This document shows, in pieces, positions 44,996 through 58,029 of a stretch of DNA of 64,000 nt. The DNA lies in assembly GCA_030390025.1 (NCBI GenBank), contig CM059431.1, positions 121,832,001-121,896,000 on the forward strand. Direction: 5' to 3'. The number at the start of each line of letters is the position of its first letter. The stretch's first letter is position 1. Both the position numbers and the translations under genes were made by a program. The notes under the pieces were generated by a model. That model had not been told where the DNA came from. It saw nothing but the letters and a program-made list of their open reading frames with translations, and made no database searches. This stretch comes from Squalus acanthias (Eukaryota).

Positions 44996-45188
44996 TTGAT
45001 GTCCTCTTCACAACTTGCTTTCTCACCTATCTTTGTATCATCAGCAAATTTTGCTGCAGTACACACGGTCCCTTCATCCAAGTCATTAATATAGATTGTA
45101 AATAGTTGAGGCCCCAGCACTGATCCCTCTGGCACCCCACTAGTTACAGTTTTCCAATCGGAAAATGACCCATTTATCCTGACTCTTT

Positions 45189-46033
45189 GGGGGGACTTTT
45201 GCCAGCCCTGGGGAGGTGGGTATGGAGGTGGGACTGCTGGGAAAATGGCAGAAACTGGGAACGGGAACCGAACCCGCTCCCAACCCGCCTCCGTGCCATC
45301 TTCCCAGGAGGCGGGTCCCCAACTCGCGCAGGGACCTGTCTCCTCGAGACGAGAAGGGAATTACAGTCACTTAACTGCCTGTTAACAGGTAGTTAACAGG
45401 CAGTTAAGCAGTTTATCCCCATTTTACCCACACAAGTACGGGCTTCCCGAAGGCTGCGAACATTGCCAGGGTCAGAAAGGCGAGTATTGGGTCTGCGGGG
45501 GTGAGAGGGGTCGAAAAGTGTGCTGTGGAGGTGAGTGATGGGAGCAAGTGTGGAGAGGTAAATATGAGAGGTGAGTGCAAAGTGTTAGAAAAAGTTCACT
45601 TACCTTTGCTTCTACCTGCAGGCTTCAACCCTTGGGGATCCGAAGGTGCCTCATCTCAACGGCAGAGATGACAGAATGGCTGCTGCATTCACCAATGCAG
45701 GAGCCATCTGATTTCTGCTAAGGAGAGAGGTTTGGTGCATCTTCAGTCCAAGGGTTCACCTTAGAACAGAGATTGTCAGTGTTTGACAGCTTCTCAAAGC
45801 TGTCAAACACTGACAATTCATCTGTCAATAATTTTTTACAGATGAAACGTCATATGCTGACGTCCTCTGTCACCGTCTTTCCCTTAATTGGCCGGCTAAG
45901 CCCGCAGGGCAGGCATAACAAGGTCAATCAAGGGAAAATAGCATGGGTTGGCCGGACATCGTTGGGGGTGGGATTGAAACCCGACAACCAGCAGTCCCGC
46001 CCCCAACATGCCCCCATTGAGAAAATCCAGCCC
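45189..46033. mobile_element. Harbinger-type MITE
   Basis: GGGGGGACTTTT...GAAAATCCAGCCC termini with TTT TSD. Removal restores the CR1 sequence. Confidence 0.8.
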
Positions 46034-46594
46034 TTTGTTTTCTGTTAGTTAGCCAATCCTCTATCCATGCTAATATATTACCCCCAACCTCGTGAGCTCT
46101 TATCTTGTGCAGTTACCTTTTATGTGGCACCTTATTGAATGCCTTCTGGAAATCCAAATACACTACATCTACTGGTTCCCCTTTATCCACCCTGCTTGTT
46201 ACATCCTCAAAGAACTCTAGTAAATTTGTCAAACATGATTTCCCTTTCATAAAACCATGTTGACTCTGCTTGATTGTATTATGATTTTCTAAATGTCCTG
46301 CTATTACTTCCTTAATAATGGATTCCAGTATTTTCCCAATGACAGATGTTAGGCTAACTGGCCTATAGTTTCCTGCTTTTTGCCTCCCTCCTTTCTTGAA
46401 TAGGGGCATTACATTTGCAGTTTTCCAATCCGCTGGGACCTCTCCAGAATCCAGGGAATTTTGGTAGATTACAACTAACGCATCCACTACCTCTGCAGCC
46501 ACTTATTTTAAGACTCTAGGATGTAGGCCTTTAGTCCCATTAGTTTGCCTAGTACATCTTCTCTGCTTTTCCAGCACTGCTTCCTTTCTCATTG

Positions 46595-46909
46595 ATGCTG
46601 AGATGCCGGTGTTGGACTGGGGTGGACAAAAGTGAGAAGTCGCACAACACAAGGTTAAAGTCCAACAGTTTTATTTGAAATCACAAGCTTTCGGAGCTGC
46701 TGCCCCTTCGTCAGGTGAAGTGAAGGAATACGAATCGGCAAAGCATATATAGACAGACATGTCTATATAGACATGTCTGTCTATATATGCTTTGCCGATT
46801 CGTATTCCTTCACTTCACCTGACGAAGGGGCAGCAGCTCCGAAAGCTTGTGATTTCAAATAAAACTGTTGGACTTTAACCTGGTGTTGTGCGACTTCTCA
46901 CTTTTGTCC
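46595..46909. mobile_element. Penelope-like inverted (hairpin) insertion with hammerhead cores
   Basis: 286-bp palindrome at 46624-46909 with a CTGACGA...GAAAGCTT core in each arm. Flanking 13-bp repeat TCCTTTCTCATTG. Confidence 0.8.
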
Positions 46910-46959
46910 TTTCTCATTGGGCTGGAAACATACTGAACAAAAAAGTTTTCTTGTATACA

Positions 46960-49100
46960 TTTCAAGAATTCCCCCCCCCCGCCTCTTTGCCCTTTACACT
47001 GCTACTGTTCCAATCTATATTAGGATAATTGAAGTCTCCCATTATTACTACTCTATAGTTCTTGCATCTTTCTGTAATTCTGTCTCCGTCCCACTATTTG
47101 CTGGCCTATAGTATAAACCCAGTAGCATAATAGTGCCTTTATTGTTCCTTAGTTATAACCAAATGGATCTGTTTCTGACCCCTCAACTACATCATCCCAT
47201 TCCAGTGCTATAATTGTTTCTTTGATCAATACTGTCACCTCCCTTCGCACTCCTTTTTTCCCTTCCCTATTTTTCCTGAATACTTTGTAGCCAGGAATAA
47301 TGGGCCAGAAATTCGGCTGTTGTCGGGCGAGTACGCGCTGTGTACTCACCCGTAAGGCCATCTGAAGTGTCGGTTTCCTGCATGCACTGCGCATGCGTGG
47401 GAAACCGGAACTGCCGTTCCCCTGAAGGGAGGGGTTCAGAAGTCGAACGCATGCGCGGGAGAGGCTGCGCGCACGCAGCAAACTTCGATTTTTTTTTCAG
47501 GTTTCTCCGGGAAGGTAAGTATGAAGAAGCTGCACTTTTAAAAAGGAGGCGCAAGGCCTGTTTTTAACAAGGTAAGTGGTTAATTAATTACAATTTAAAC
47601 ATTTTTTCAACAGGTTTATCTTTTTTAGATACTTTAAAGAAAGGTAAGTTTATTTTTAGCAGCGTTACAAAGTATAATTAATTTTTCCAAAAATTAAAAT
47701 TTTTGTTTAAAGTAGTTAATTTATTTAACTTATAGTTATTTTAAAAATGTGATGTTTTTTAAAAAATGTATTTGAAGTTTAAGTGTGGTTTTGCGGCTGA
47801 TCTCTATTCATAGATTTGACAGGTCTTCCTGTCAAATCTATGAATGAATATGCCCTGCTAGGATTGGCTCTCCATGGCCTACGTGATCCCAGGGGACGCT
47901 TCAAACTAACTGCGCCCCTGGGATACACAAGCACTGCGCGCCGGCAGCTGGAGGAGGCCCAGGACCCGCAGTCCTCGTGGGCCCAAAACACAACTGCAGG
48001 CGCGGTAGGCAAGTACGCGCGCGATGCTTGCACCCGCAGGAAGCCTGAAAGCTGAATTTCTGGCCCAATAAGTTCCAAATTCCTCCCATTCTTTAAGCCA
48101 GGTCTCTATTGTTGCCATTATATCATAGTCCCATGTGACGATTTGTGTCTGCAGCACACCAACCTTATTTATCACACTACGTGCATTAACGCATAGGCAC
48201 TCCAAACCCATCTTAGACTCCCTCGCATTTGCCCCCTGTCTGATCCCTCCTTTTTCCGAAGTATTATCTACTCTAGTGCTATTCGTGTCTCCTAATGCTC
48301 TGTGCACCTTGTTTGTCCTTTCAGATGTTTCATCCTGTTGCCCATCCCCTTGGCAAATTAATTTAAATCCTCCCCTACAACACTAGTTAACCTCCCCGCG
48401 ATGACATTTGTCCTAGCTCTGTTGAGGTGCAACCTGTCCATCTTGAACAAGTCCCTCCTGCCTCAGAACTGGCCCCAATACCCAGGAATCTGAAGCACTC
48501 CCTCCTGTACCATTTCTCCAGCGACGTGTTAATCTCTTTTATCCTACTATTCCTATACTCACTAGTGTGTGGCACTGAGAGTAATTCAGCAATTACTACC
48601 TTTGAGATCCTGCTTTTTAACTTCTTCCCTAGCTCCTGAAACTCTGACTGCAGGATCTCAACCCTTTTCCTTCCTATATGATTGGTTCCAAATTAGACCA
48701 CAGCTTCTAGCTGTTCCTTTCCCCCCACAAAATGTTCTGCACCCCCTCAGTGACGTCCTTTACCCTGGCACCAGGGAGGAACACACCATGCGGGACGCAT
48801 GCCGATGGTTGCAGAAACACCTGTCTCTCCCCGTGACTAGTGAATCCTTTTAAACCACTGCATTCCTGCGCTACGCTGTGCCCCCTCTGTGTAGTCCTTT
48901 GCCCCATGGTGCCGTGCTCCAGACTGCACTCCTTCGAGGTGTCGTCACCCTCACAAAACTGAAAACCGTTAGTGAGCGCCACACCCCGGGAGGATTCCTG
49001 GTCTGTCTGCCTCTTCCTACCCTTCCGGATAATCATCCACTTACTGTCCTGAGCTTTCTGTTGTTGTGGGGTGATCACCTCCTGGAACGTACAATCCAGG
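46960..49100 (-). mobile_element. Degenerate CR1 5' half (ORF1 and endonuclease), interrupted by a MITE
   Basis: LECLCVNARSVINK...IETW and PGYKVFRK endonuclease motifs. ORF1 motif LPGARVKDVTE. Confidence 0.75.
47302..48066. mobile_element. Harbinger-type MITE with AT-rich core
   Basis: 16-bp TIR GGGCCAGAAATTCGGC/GCTGAATTTCTGGCCC and AAT TSD. Confidence 0.85.
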
Positions 49101-49104
49101 ACAT

Positions 49105-49617
49105 TTTAAGGCCACGACATTCCGCTTCTTTGTGCCTGCTGTTAGCGCCTCGCTGTGACCCCTTACTGCCCCGTGGCAGAAATTCGGCTGCACCCAGCGA
49201 GGCTGCCGTGGGCAGTGTCAGCGCCAGCCATGCTGGTTGCGAGCCGGGCTGACCTCCACTCACAGGACGCTAATTAAAGCGAGGTGCGGCCGCGACCCGT
49301 GCCGCCATTTTATTTTTTTGGACGACCTCCAGGTCGGCCCTCCGTGGCGGCCCTTGGCGTGGTCCGTGGCCACCATCGTGTAGCCCGGCACCGCGTCTCG
49401 GTGTCGGGCTGCAGCCACGGCACCACGCCACCTTGGTGGGCTAGTGTGGGACATCGGAGGCTACCGCGCTTTGCGCCCCCAATATCACCCCGAGAGGATG
49501 TGGAGCACCTGAGATAGTGCTCCGCTGCCTCACCGGGGCAGTAAGCCGAATTTAGCGGCCAGGGCGGTACATCCACACCGGGTGCTAAATCTCCAGCAAT
49601 AATTCAGTTTCGCCCCC
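49105..49617. mobile_element. GC/CpG-rich MITE fragment
   Basis: Ends CAGTTTCGCCCCC like the other Harbinger termini. Left end is not visible. Confidence 0.45.
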
Positions 49618-51659
49618 AGAGTCTCTCTAAAGTTGCTGCACATTTTTAAATAACATTTCAGTATTAATCTTAACGCTCTCTTATCTGTCCTCCACTAAAT
49701 AATAAGAAACTACATCATCAACAAATATGCAGTGCATGATAAGCCTAGTTCTGTTGCTTATATTTGTAGATGTTACCAGAAGCAGAACAGCATCGCCATC
49801 AGCCAATTTGCAGCAATGTGTTCTTTGTCTACAGATACCTTAGTGTTAAGCTCAGACAAAATTGGTTTTGTTTGTTTTTTACAAGAAATAATTAGCATTG
49901 GAAAATTTTGGGAATTGTATTATTTGGTACTAAATACACTGTGTGGATTTCAGGTATTAAAAAGAAGTGAGACCAGTGCAAAAACACAGAACAGGATGAA
50001 TACTCATGCAATCATCAATATATGCCAAACAGAAAATTCTGCTGAGACTGAGGGCCTAGACTCAGGTGGTCACTGATCAGTGGAATTGCAAATCTAATGG
50101 GCTCCCAGCAGATCCTGAAAACTGAAATGCAGTGGCCTCTCAAGTCTATCCATCAGGGCCTTAAGGGCAGCAGTATGTGCGTCCAAGGAGGAGATGCTAA
50201 CTGGTTGTGGGCCACTTCCACGGTGGAGTGGGGTGGAGACCGGAGCTCCAGCTCTGAATTCTGGGTTGGCACTCGGCGGGATACCCGCTCAACTACTCCC
50301 TGCCCCACCACACCGCCCACCCCCCCCACCGCCCCCAACCATGGTATGGCTTGTGGGAGGCCGTAAAACCCTCCTGCCCAAGAGAGCTAACCACCCTATT
50401 GGCTGGTATAAAAGATGGTTATGGCCATGGAAGGAGCGTTCATGTTGTGGCCTGTCAGACTGTTAAGCAGCCTACAACTCCTTACACTACTTACTGTTCT
50501 CCGAGGGAAGGTACAAAAACGACAACTTAAGAGTCCTTAGCATTTGTTCATTTACAGTAATAGGTTTATTGACGTTAAGTTGAAAATTGTTTTTAAATTG
50601 TATGAAGAAGAAATGGGGCACGTTTTCCTTATGTTAATCCGTGTTATCCTTGGCGCGATCTTTTAGCGCTTAGTTTTATGTCCCAGTTTAAATTTCCAGG
50701 GAATCAAGTGCATTAGTGCCTTCGAATTTATCACGCCCTGCTAAATCCTGCTAATGAGAGGATTAAAATCACAGATTTTGTAAATTCAATTTAGTTAATG
50801 GAAAAATTAATGCCTAATTGTTAACAGAAAAAACATTAGCAGTAGATTGTTTGCTTTAAGTATTAGCAAATTCCCTAGCAAATATTAATTATTTTAAAAC
50901 TTGGAAAAAATTAATGAGATGGTTCTCTTAAGATGAAGTCAATATAATCCACCAATAAGAATAGATTATCAGAGAAGTTTATTCATGTTAATCATTAAAT
51001 TGCTTCTAATGTTTCCTTTTGCTATTATGCAATCATTTCTTTCCTGTAATTGGTACTGATGCTTTTCTTATGAAGCTATCTTGCTATTCCCAAAATATAG
51101 GTGTAATGTCTTACTGATGAGGTTTCTGCGAGGTTGTTTCGATTGTAATTCTATGTAACTATTATGGGAAGTGAATATTTAATCAATGCCCAGGGCATCT
51201 CAGGCAGCTATGAGCAGCTGATGCACTTGTTTATTTTCTTGTAATATTTATGATTTTGGAGCCTTTGGTAACAAATGGAGGCACACAAAGAGAATAAAAA
51301 ATACCTCCAGCACAGAAGTGAACTTTACTATAATATTACCGCATCATTTTGCCTCAGAGGCAAGAACAATACTAATTGTCCACGGGGAAACAAAAGACAA
51401 TAGTTTTCAACATCAAATTTTACATATAGATGAACGAACAGCACCCTCTAGAGGAAACATTTTTAAAGTATAAAAAATAATTCATGAATTGGATTAATAT
51501 TCTGGAGTTCGGCTCTTTTCTTAAAAATAAATGGGCAACCAAGTTGAAAGGCTGAGGACACCTAAGGTTGAAAAGAGAAGACAAGTCGGGAATTAGTGAT
51601 CGGTTTTACAACCTTGCAAATTGTGGGGAAAAAGGAAAGACTGAGAAAAATAAGTGGTT

Positions 51660-52921
51660 CTACGGCACCGATCTTACCTTCGAGACGCGTTCCGAGCAGG
51701 CGGTGGGGGGGTTAAAGTTAGAAACGGGAAACCCGGAAGTACAGGTTTCCTGAATGTCTTTCAGTTATTAATTTTTTTGTAGGTTTCCCACCCACAGCCA
51801 GCCTGTGACAGCCTGCAGCACAAGGCCGCAGCTGAACTGGCAGCAGGTAGGTTTAGTGGGGTGTTGGGAGAGATCGTGGGGAGGTGGTGGTGGTCAGGGG
51901 ACATCCGATCGTGGGGGCGGGGGGAGCAGATGGTGGTCGGGGGGGGGGGAGTACCCGATCGTGGAAGGGGAACAGATGGTGGTAGGGGGTGGTCCGATCG
52001 CTGGGGTGAGCCGATGATGGTCGGGGGTGTCCGATCGTGTGAAGGGTCCGATCGCAGGGTGGGGGGAGGGGGTAAGCAGCCAGATCGCAGTGGGAAGGGT
52101 TTACTGCTAAACTTGTTGGGCCTGGAGGAATGACTCCTGTTCCCCTGGCCCACAAGCAGTGCTGTAAAAACATTTGAACTCATGGATTCAGCCCTTCTCG
52201 CCTCCTTTCACCTGCCGGGTTTCCGGAGACCCGGCCGACTGCGGTTAAAAATAGAATCACTGTTAAAATGAAGGCAAAAATGAGAAGTCGCACAACACCA
52301 GGTTATAGTCCAACAGATTTATTTAAAATTACAAGCTTTCGGAGCTGTCGCCCCTTCGTCAGGCAAAGTTACTGTGAGAGAATCTATCAGAATTCACAGA
52401 ATATAAAAACACAGAGAAAATGCATAGATTAAATCTTTCCCTACATCAAAGACACACTAAGAGCACAGCCAAGACAGCCAAGGCTGTGCTCTTAGTGTGT
52501 CTTTGATGTAGGGAAAGATTTAATCTATGCATTTTCTCTGTGTTTTTATATTCTGTGAATTCTGATAGATTCTCTCACAGTAACTTTGCCTGACGAAGGG
52601 GCGACAGCTCCGAAAGCTTGTAATTTTAAATAAATCTGTTGGACTATAACCTGGTGTTGTGCGACTTCTCATTTTTGTCCACCCCAGTCCAACGCCGGCA
52701 TCTCCGCATCATGACTAAAATGAAGGCAGGCAGCCTCATTAAAATAATTAAATGATTAACCCGCCTCCTGAGAGCGGATTGGTTGCCCACCCTCGTCCCG
52801 CCTCTGTTAAAACCAGAAGTGGGCGGGTTTGAGGCGGGTTCGATTCCTGTTTCAGATTTTTAGCTTTTTAACCTCCCACCCGAACCAAACCCACCCATAT
52901 TTGGTGGTTAAAATTATTCCC
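51660..52921. mobile_element. Probable Harbinger-type MITE hosting a Penelope-like hairpin; left boundary approximate
   Basis: CCCGCC/GGCGGG subterminal motifs, internal CCGATCG-GG repeats, and a GTTAAAATTATTCCC end. Confidence 0.5.
52277..52715. mobile_element. Penelope-like inverted (hairpin) insertion with hammerhead cores
   Basis: 196-bp arms at 52275-52470 and 52482-52677. TSD TAAAATGAAGGCA (52264-52276, 52716-52728). Confidence 0.82.
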
Positions 52922-53723
52922 TGCGATTTTGAAACTCAGGGAATGAATGAGTTAGAGTAAGAGCCTGTATGACAAATCGTTTAACCCAGTGGGGATATAA
53001 CAAAGAATGAGTGTATGTAGAATGGAGCTTAGAAGAAAGAATAGAGAACCACAGACTATAGGATAATTAAAAAGCCTGAAATTGTAAGTCTTTGCTCCCA
53101 GCAAGGAATCTTGTTCGATGGGAGTGCAGATTGAAATATCAGGCATGGGTATCAGTGTGCCTTATTTGTGGAGATCCCTATTTTGTGACCATAGATTTTA
53201 GTGACCAGGAGATTGAGATGGCCATGAATCGGTGCCACTGATTTCCATACTGGGTTCTTTTATCCATGTTCCTGTTCACACTGAAAGCGTAGCCTCACTG
53301 AATTTACCATATAGTGCTAAAAAAAATTAAAAGACTATAAGTGATTCACATCAAAGTCGCTACACTTATGATTTCCGTATTTGAAATCACTGCGGCAACT
53401 TTTGCCTCCTCAGACTTGCTGTATCTCTGGAGTCCAAGACTTGACCACTGTTACGAGTCAGGATCTTGTATTATTGCATTTCCTTTTGATATGGAGGCTC
53501 AAATTGGTAATAGACTCCCAGGATGCACAGCTAGCAATCTGTGCATTTCATTTTGGTCGACTACAATTCCCAAAATACAGTTTAAGGCTGTTGTCTTCTG
53601 CTCAAACTGGGGTTGGGAGGCAGATTACAAATAAGCATGCTGACATACTCGTAAATCGCCAGTCTCCTTGACAAGTATAAAAACATTCCTGGTTCAAACA
53701 CTTCAGACTTCTTTTTGAAGTAT

Positions 53724-54180
53724 ACAATAACAACAACTTGCATTTATATAGCGCCTTTACCGTAGTAAAATGTCCCAAGGCGCTTCACAGGGGCGATTAG
53801 CAAAAAAAAATTGACACGAACCACGTAAAGAGATATTAGTGCAGATGACCAAAATCTTGCTCAAAGAGGTAGGTTTTAAGGAGCGCCTTAAAGCGAAGTA
53901 GAGAGATTTAGGGAGGGAATTCCAGAGCTTAGGGCCTCGGCAGCTGAAGGCACAGCAGCCAATGGTGGAGTGATTAAAATCGGGGATGTGCAAGATGCCA
54001 GATTTGAGCAGTGTAGATATTGTGGAGGGTTGTAGGGCTGGAGGAGGTTACAGAGATATGGGAGGGGTGAGGCCATGGAGAGATTTAAAAACAAGGATGA
54101 GAATTTTTAAATCGAGGCTTTGCTTAACCGGGAGCTAATATAGGTCAGTGAACACAGGGGTGATGGGTGAACGGGACCAT
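53724..54180 (-). mobile_element. L2 LINE 3' fragment
   Basis: AFSCRGPKLWNSLP C-terminal motif and a minus-strand tail GGCGCTATATAAATGCAAGTTGTTGTT. Confidence 0.75.
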
Positions 54181-54867
54181 ATACGTGGGGCTCTGCCCGC
54201 GTGGTCCCGGAGAGGCCCAGGAGCGCAAGCCGCCATTCTTCCCGGGCCACCAGGAAATTTTGCAGGTCGGAGGCGTCACCCACGGGAAGCCTCCGATCGC
54301 AAATGTTGGCCCAATATAAATTGCAAATCTCACTTAACGATCTTCAAATGGTACCAACTCAACTCAGAAAGATACTTTCAGTTTTATCCAAATGTAAAAA
54401 TAGATTTGATGAGGAAGAGTCTCAGGAAATATATTCTTCACAAATACTACCCAGAATTTAAGGTTCATTTTTTAGTTAACTTTAAAGCTGTAAATAACCA
54501 TTTACTCACTGCCATTAAGGTAGGGAAATGAGCAGTTGAAAATGTGAACTGCTGATGCACAGAGTGGGAGATTGACCAACATTTTTCTCCTCATGTAAAC
54601 CATTATTAAAAAGAATATAGTGTATAAACTGGTGAAAAAATTTGCTTGTGTAATTTCCCTTAAGGCTAATATCATCTAAAGAAGATTCCTCCCATCTGTA
54701 AATAAAAAAAAAATGCAAATAACAAATGCACCGAGGGGAAAAAAAGTGCCAAATGCTTGTTGACTACTTGCCAATATTAGGTTAGTTGAACCTTTTTGCG
54801 TAGAAACTCTTGGATGCGTTCCTCAATTTAGAAACAATTCAAAAAGGATGATACTTCTCCCAGAGTA

Positions 54868-55253
54868 TCTCCTTGAAATGTATAAAATCCTTACAGGGCT
54901 TGACAAGGTAGATGTAGGGAGGATGTTTCCCCTGGCTGGGGAGTCTCGAACTCGGTGTCATAGTCTCAAGATACGGGATTGACCATGTAGGACTGAGATG
55001 AGGAGAAACTTCTCCACTAAAAGGGTTGTGAATCTTTGGAATTATCTATCCCAGAGGACTGTGGATGCTCAGTCATTGAGTATATTCAAGACACAGATCG
55101 ATAGATTTTTGGATACTAAGGGAACCAAGGGATATGGGAATAGTGTGGGGAGGTGGAGTTGAGGTCGAAGATCAGCCATGTTCTTATTGAATGTTGGAGC
55201 AGGCTCGAAGGGCCAAATGGCCTACTTCTGCTCCTATTTCTTATGTTCTTATG
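54868..55253 (+). mobile_element. CR1 3' fragment
   Basis: Homologous to 12380-12771, with a TTCTTATG tail. Confidence 0.82.
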
Positions 55254-56242
55254 TAAGGAAATCTCTTTAAACTCAATTAAATGATTCCTTGTGGTTCAGG
55301 CTCGAGCGTATTGTCCAAATGCAAGTTTTTTACTCAGTCACCAATAGTATAATAACTATTACGGTTATACAATAGACTCAGACAACCTGATTTCCTGCAG
55401 ACCTGAGGTGATCAAGTTTGGTCTTGGAATTCTGACTGTCCTGTGAGCTCTAACTACACGATGGCTGCTAGCCGTTCTTATGTATTCCTCCTTACCCATC
55501 TGTCACATGTCCAAAAGACCATCCATGCCTCCTTAAAAGATTTTCCCCTTTAATGTGAGTCATATCACATGATGCCCAGAATGTATATTGAAGGGAGGTT
55601 CCTTCTCACCAGATCTCCAGACCTTGACATAATGGCCATCTTGATGGTTGAACTGCTAATCAATTAAACCTGATGTTTCCTGTCTGAATTTACAAAGGAA
55701 CAGGAGATGATCTGGACAATCCCAGATAGTTAATGTGATTATTGGCTGGTCTATTCATCAGTTTTCTGCCCCTCCGTTGATCCAGCTAACTTCCGATATT
55801 AACACATATGCTTATTTGACAATGACCTCGAGATTGTGATTAACTTTGATGGGACACTTGACACAAAGCAAATTCTAACACCCAGTCACCTGACATTACT
55901 CCAAGAGGTGAAACTGCAAAGCCGTATTTTGGTCTCTATGTGTAAAGTTAAAGATTTTTATTTTGTAATGAACTGTCATTACTAATCTATGACAGTTTAA
56001 TTAAACAATTTCTCTTTGCCTGTCCACACAAAGAAAAAAGTCCCCAAAAGGCTCAGCAGGTGACCATTTCTAAAGCAGGGTGCTTGCTTTCTGAGGGAAG
56101 TAGGCGATCATCTTCTTGTCATTTTTGGCCAACTTCCACCCTCATACATGGCCCCTTGGTCAGTCATGGACTCTGTGCTTAGACCTCACCTTGCTTTCTG
56201 CAGCAGCAGCTCAACGTTAAGTACATAAGATGCTAGCACATT

Positions 56243-56334
56243 TTAAGAACATAAGAACATAAAAATTAGGAGCAGGAATAGGCCATACAGCCCCTCGAGC
56301 CTGCTCTGCCATTCAATAAGATCATGGCTGATCT
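56243..56334 (-). mobile_element. CR1 3' tail fragment
   Basis: AAGAACATAAGAACAT...CCCCTCGAGCCTGCTC matches the other CR1 tails. Confidence 0.65.
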
Positions 56335-57960
56335 TCATAGAATCATACAAAGTTGCAGCACGGAAGGAGGCCATTTCGGCCCATCGTGTCCGCGCCGGCC
56401 AACAAAGAGCTATCCAGCCTAATCCCACTTCCCAGCTCTTGGTCCGTAGCCCTGCAGGTTAGAGCATCCCAAGTGCACATCCAAGTACTTTTTAAATGTG
56501 GTTAGGGTTCCTGCCTCTACCACCCTTTCAGGCAGTGAGTTCCAGACCCCCACAACCCTCTGGGTAAAGAAATATCCCCTCAAATCCCCTCTAGACCTTC
56601 TCCCAATTACTTTAAATCTGTGCCCCCTGGTTTTTGACCCCGCTACTAAGGGAAATAGGTCCTTTCTATCCACTTTATCTCTGCCCCTCATAATTTTATG
56701 CACCTCAATAAGGTCTCCCCTCAGCCTCCTCTGTTCCAAGGAAAACAGACCCAGCCTATCCAGTCTTTCCTCATAGCTAAGATTCTCTACTCCCGGCAAC
56801 ATCCTTGTAAATCTCCTCTGTACCCTCTCTAGTGCAATCACATCTTTCCTGTAATGTGGTGACCAGAACTGCACGCAGTACTCCAGCTGAGGCCTAACTA
56901 GTGTTTTATACAGTTGAAGCATAACGCCCCTGCTCTTGTAGTCTATGCCACGGCTAATAAAGGCAAGCATTCTGTATGCCTTCTTAACCACCTTATCTAC
57001 TTGGCCTGCTACCTTCAGGGATCTGTGGACATGCACTCCAAGGTCCCTTTGTTCCTCTACACTACTCAGTGTCCTACCATTTAATGTGTATTCCCTTTCC
57101 TTGTTAGCCCTCCCCAAATGCATTACCTCACACTTCTCCGGATTGAATTCCATTTGCCACTGTTCTGCCCACCTGACCAATTTATTGATATCTTCCTGCA
57201 GTCTCCAGCTTCCTTCTTCAGTATCAACCACACAACCGATTTTAGTATCATCTGCAAACTTCTTAATCATACCCCCTATATTCAAGTCAAGATCGTTGAT
57301 ATATACCACAAAAAGCAAGGGACCTAGTACTGAGCCCTGCAGAACCCCACTGGAAACAGCCCTCCAGTCAGAAAAACACCCATCAACCATTACCCTCTGC
57401 TTCCTGTCTCTGAGCCAGTTTTGAATCCAACTTGACACTTTGCCCTGGATCCCATGGGCTTTTAACTTTGTGACCAGTCTGCCATGTGGAACCTTATCAA
57501 AAGCCTTGCTAAAATCCATATACACTACATCAAACGCACGACCCTCATCTACCCTCCTTGTTACCTCCTCAAAAAATTCAATCAAGTTTGTCAGACATGA
57601 CGTTCACCTAACAAATCTGTGCTGACTATCCTTGATAAATCCGTGTCTTTCTAAATGAAGATTTATCCTGTCCTTCAGAATTCTTTCCAATAATTTTTCC
57701 ACCACCGAGGTTAGGCTGACTGGCCTGTAATTACTCGGTCTATCCTTTTCTCCCTTTTTAAACAAGGGTACCACATTAGCAGTCCTCCAGTCCTCCGGCA
57801 CCACACCTGAATCCAGAGAGGATTGAACAATGATGGTCAGGGCCTCTGCTATTTCCTCTTTTGCTTTGCTTAACAGCCTGGGATACATTTCATCTGGGCC
57901 TGGGGATTTATCCACTTTTAAAGCTGCTAAACCCCTTATTACTTCCAGTCTCACTATCTT
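56335..57960 (-). mobile_element. 5'-truncated CR1 LINE (RT), same subfamily as 1081-2028
   Basis: ORFs 57604-57954 and 56419-57585 contain YMDFSKAFD, QGSVLGP and KFADD. Confidence 0.92.
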
Positions 57961-58029
57961 TATTTCATCTAATATTTCACACTCCTCCCCACCCCCCCGA
58001 TAGCAATGTCTGCTTCACCCCTCTCCTAC

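Larger units (their letters stand above)
42688..46560 (-). mobile_element. CR1 LINE 3' half, interrupted by three MITEs
   Basis: ORF2 pieces at 42745-43506, 44996-45188 (GSVLGPQLF, FADD) and 46034-46520 (NYRPVSLTS, YLDFQKAF). CR1 tail at ~42690. Confidence 0.85.

Noticed and set aside
51880..52090. CCGATCG-containing interspersed repeats resembling a CRISPR array
   Set aside because: They are irregular G-rich MITE-internal repeats in eukaryotic DNA, with no constant repeat/spacer lengths and no cas genes.
54515..54718. Possible host exon on the minus strand with a strong acceptor at 54696
   Set aside because: The open frame ends in a stop, shows no recognisable homology and has no partner exons.
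55252..56148. Possible solo LTR (TGTAAGG...CATACA)
   Set aside because: There is no TSD, and the TG start overlaps a CR1 tail, so it cannot be supported.
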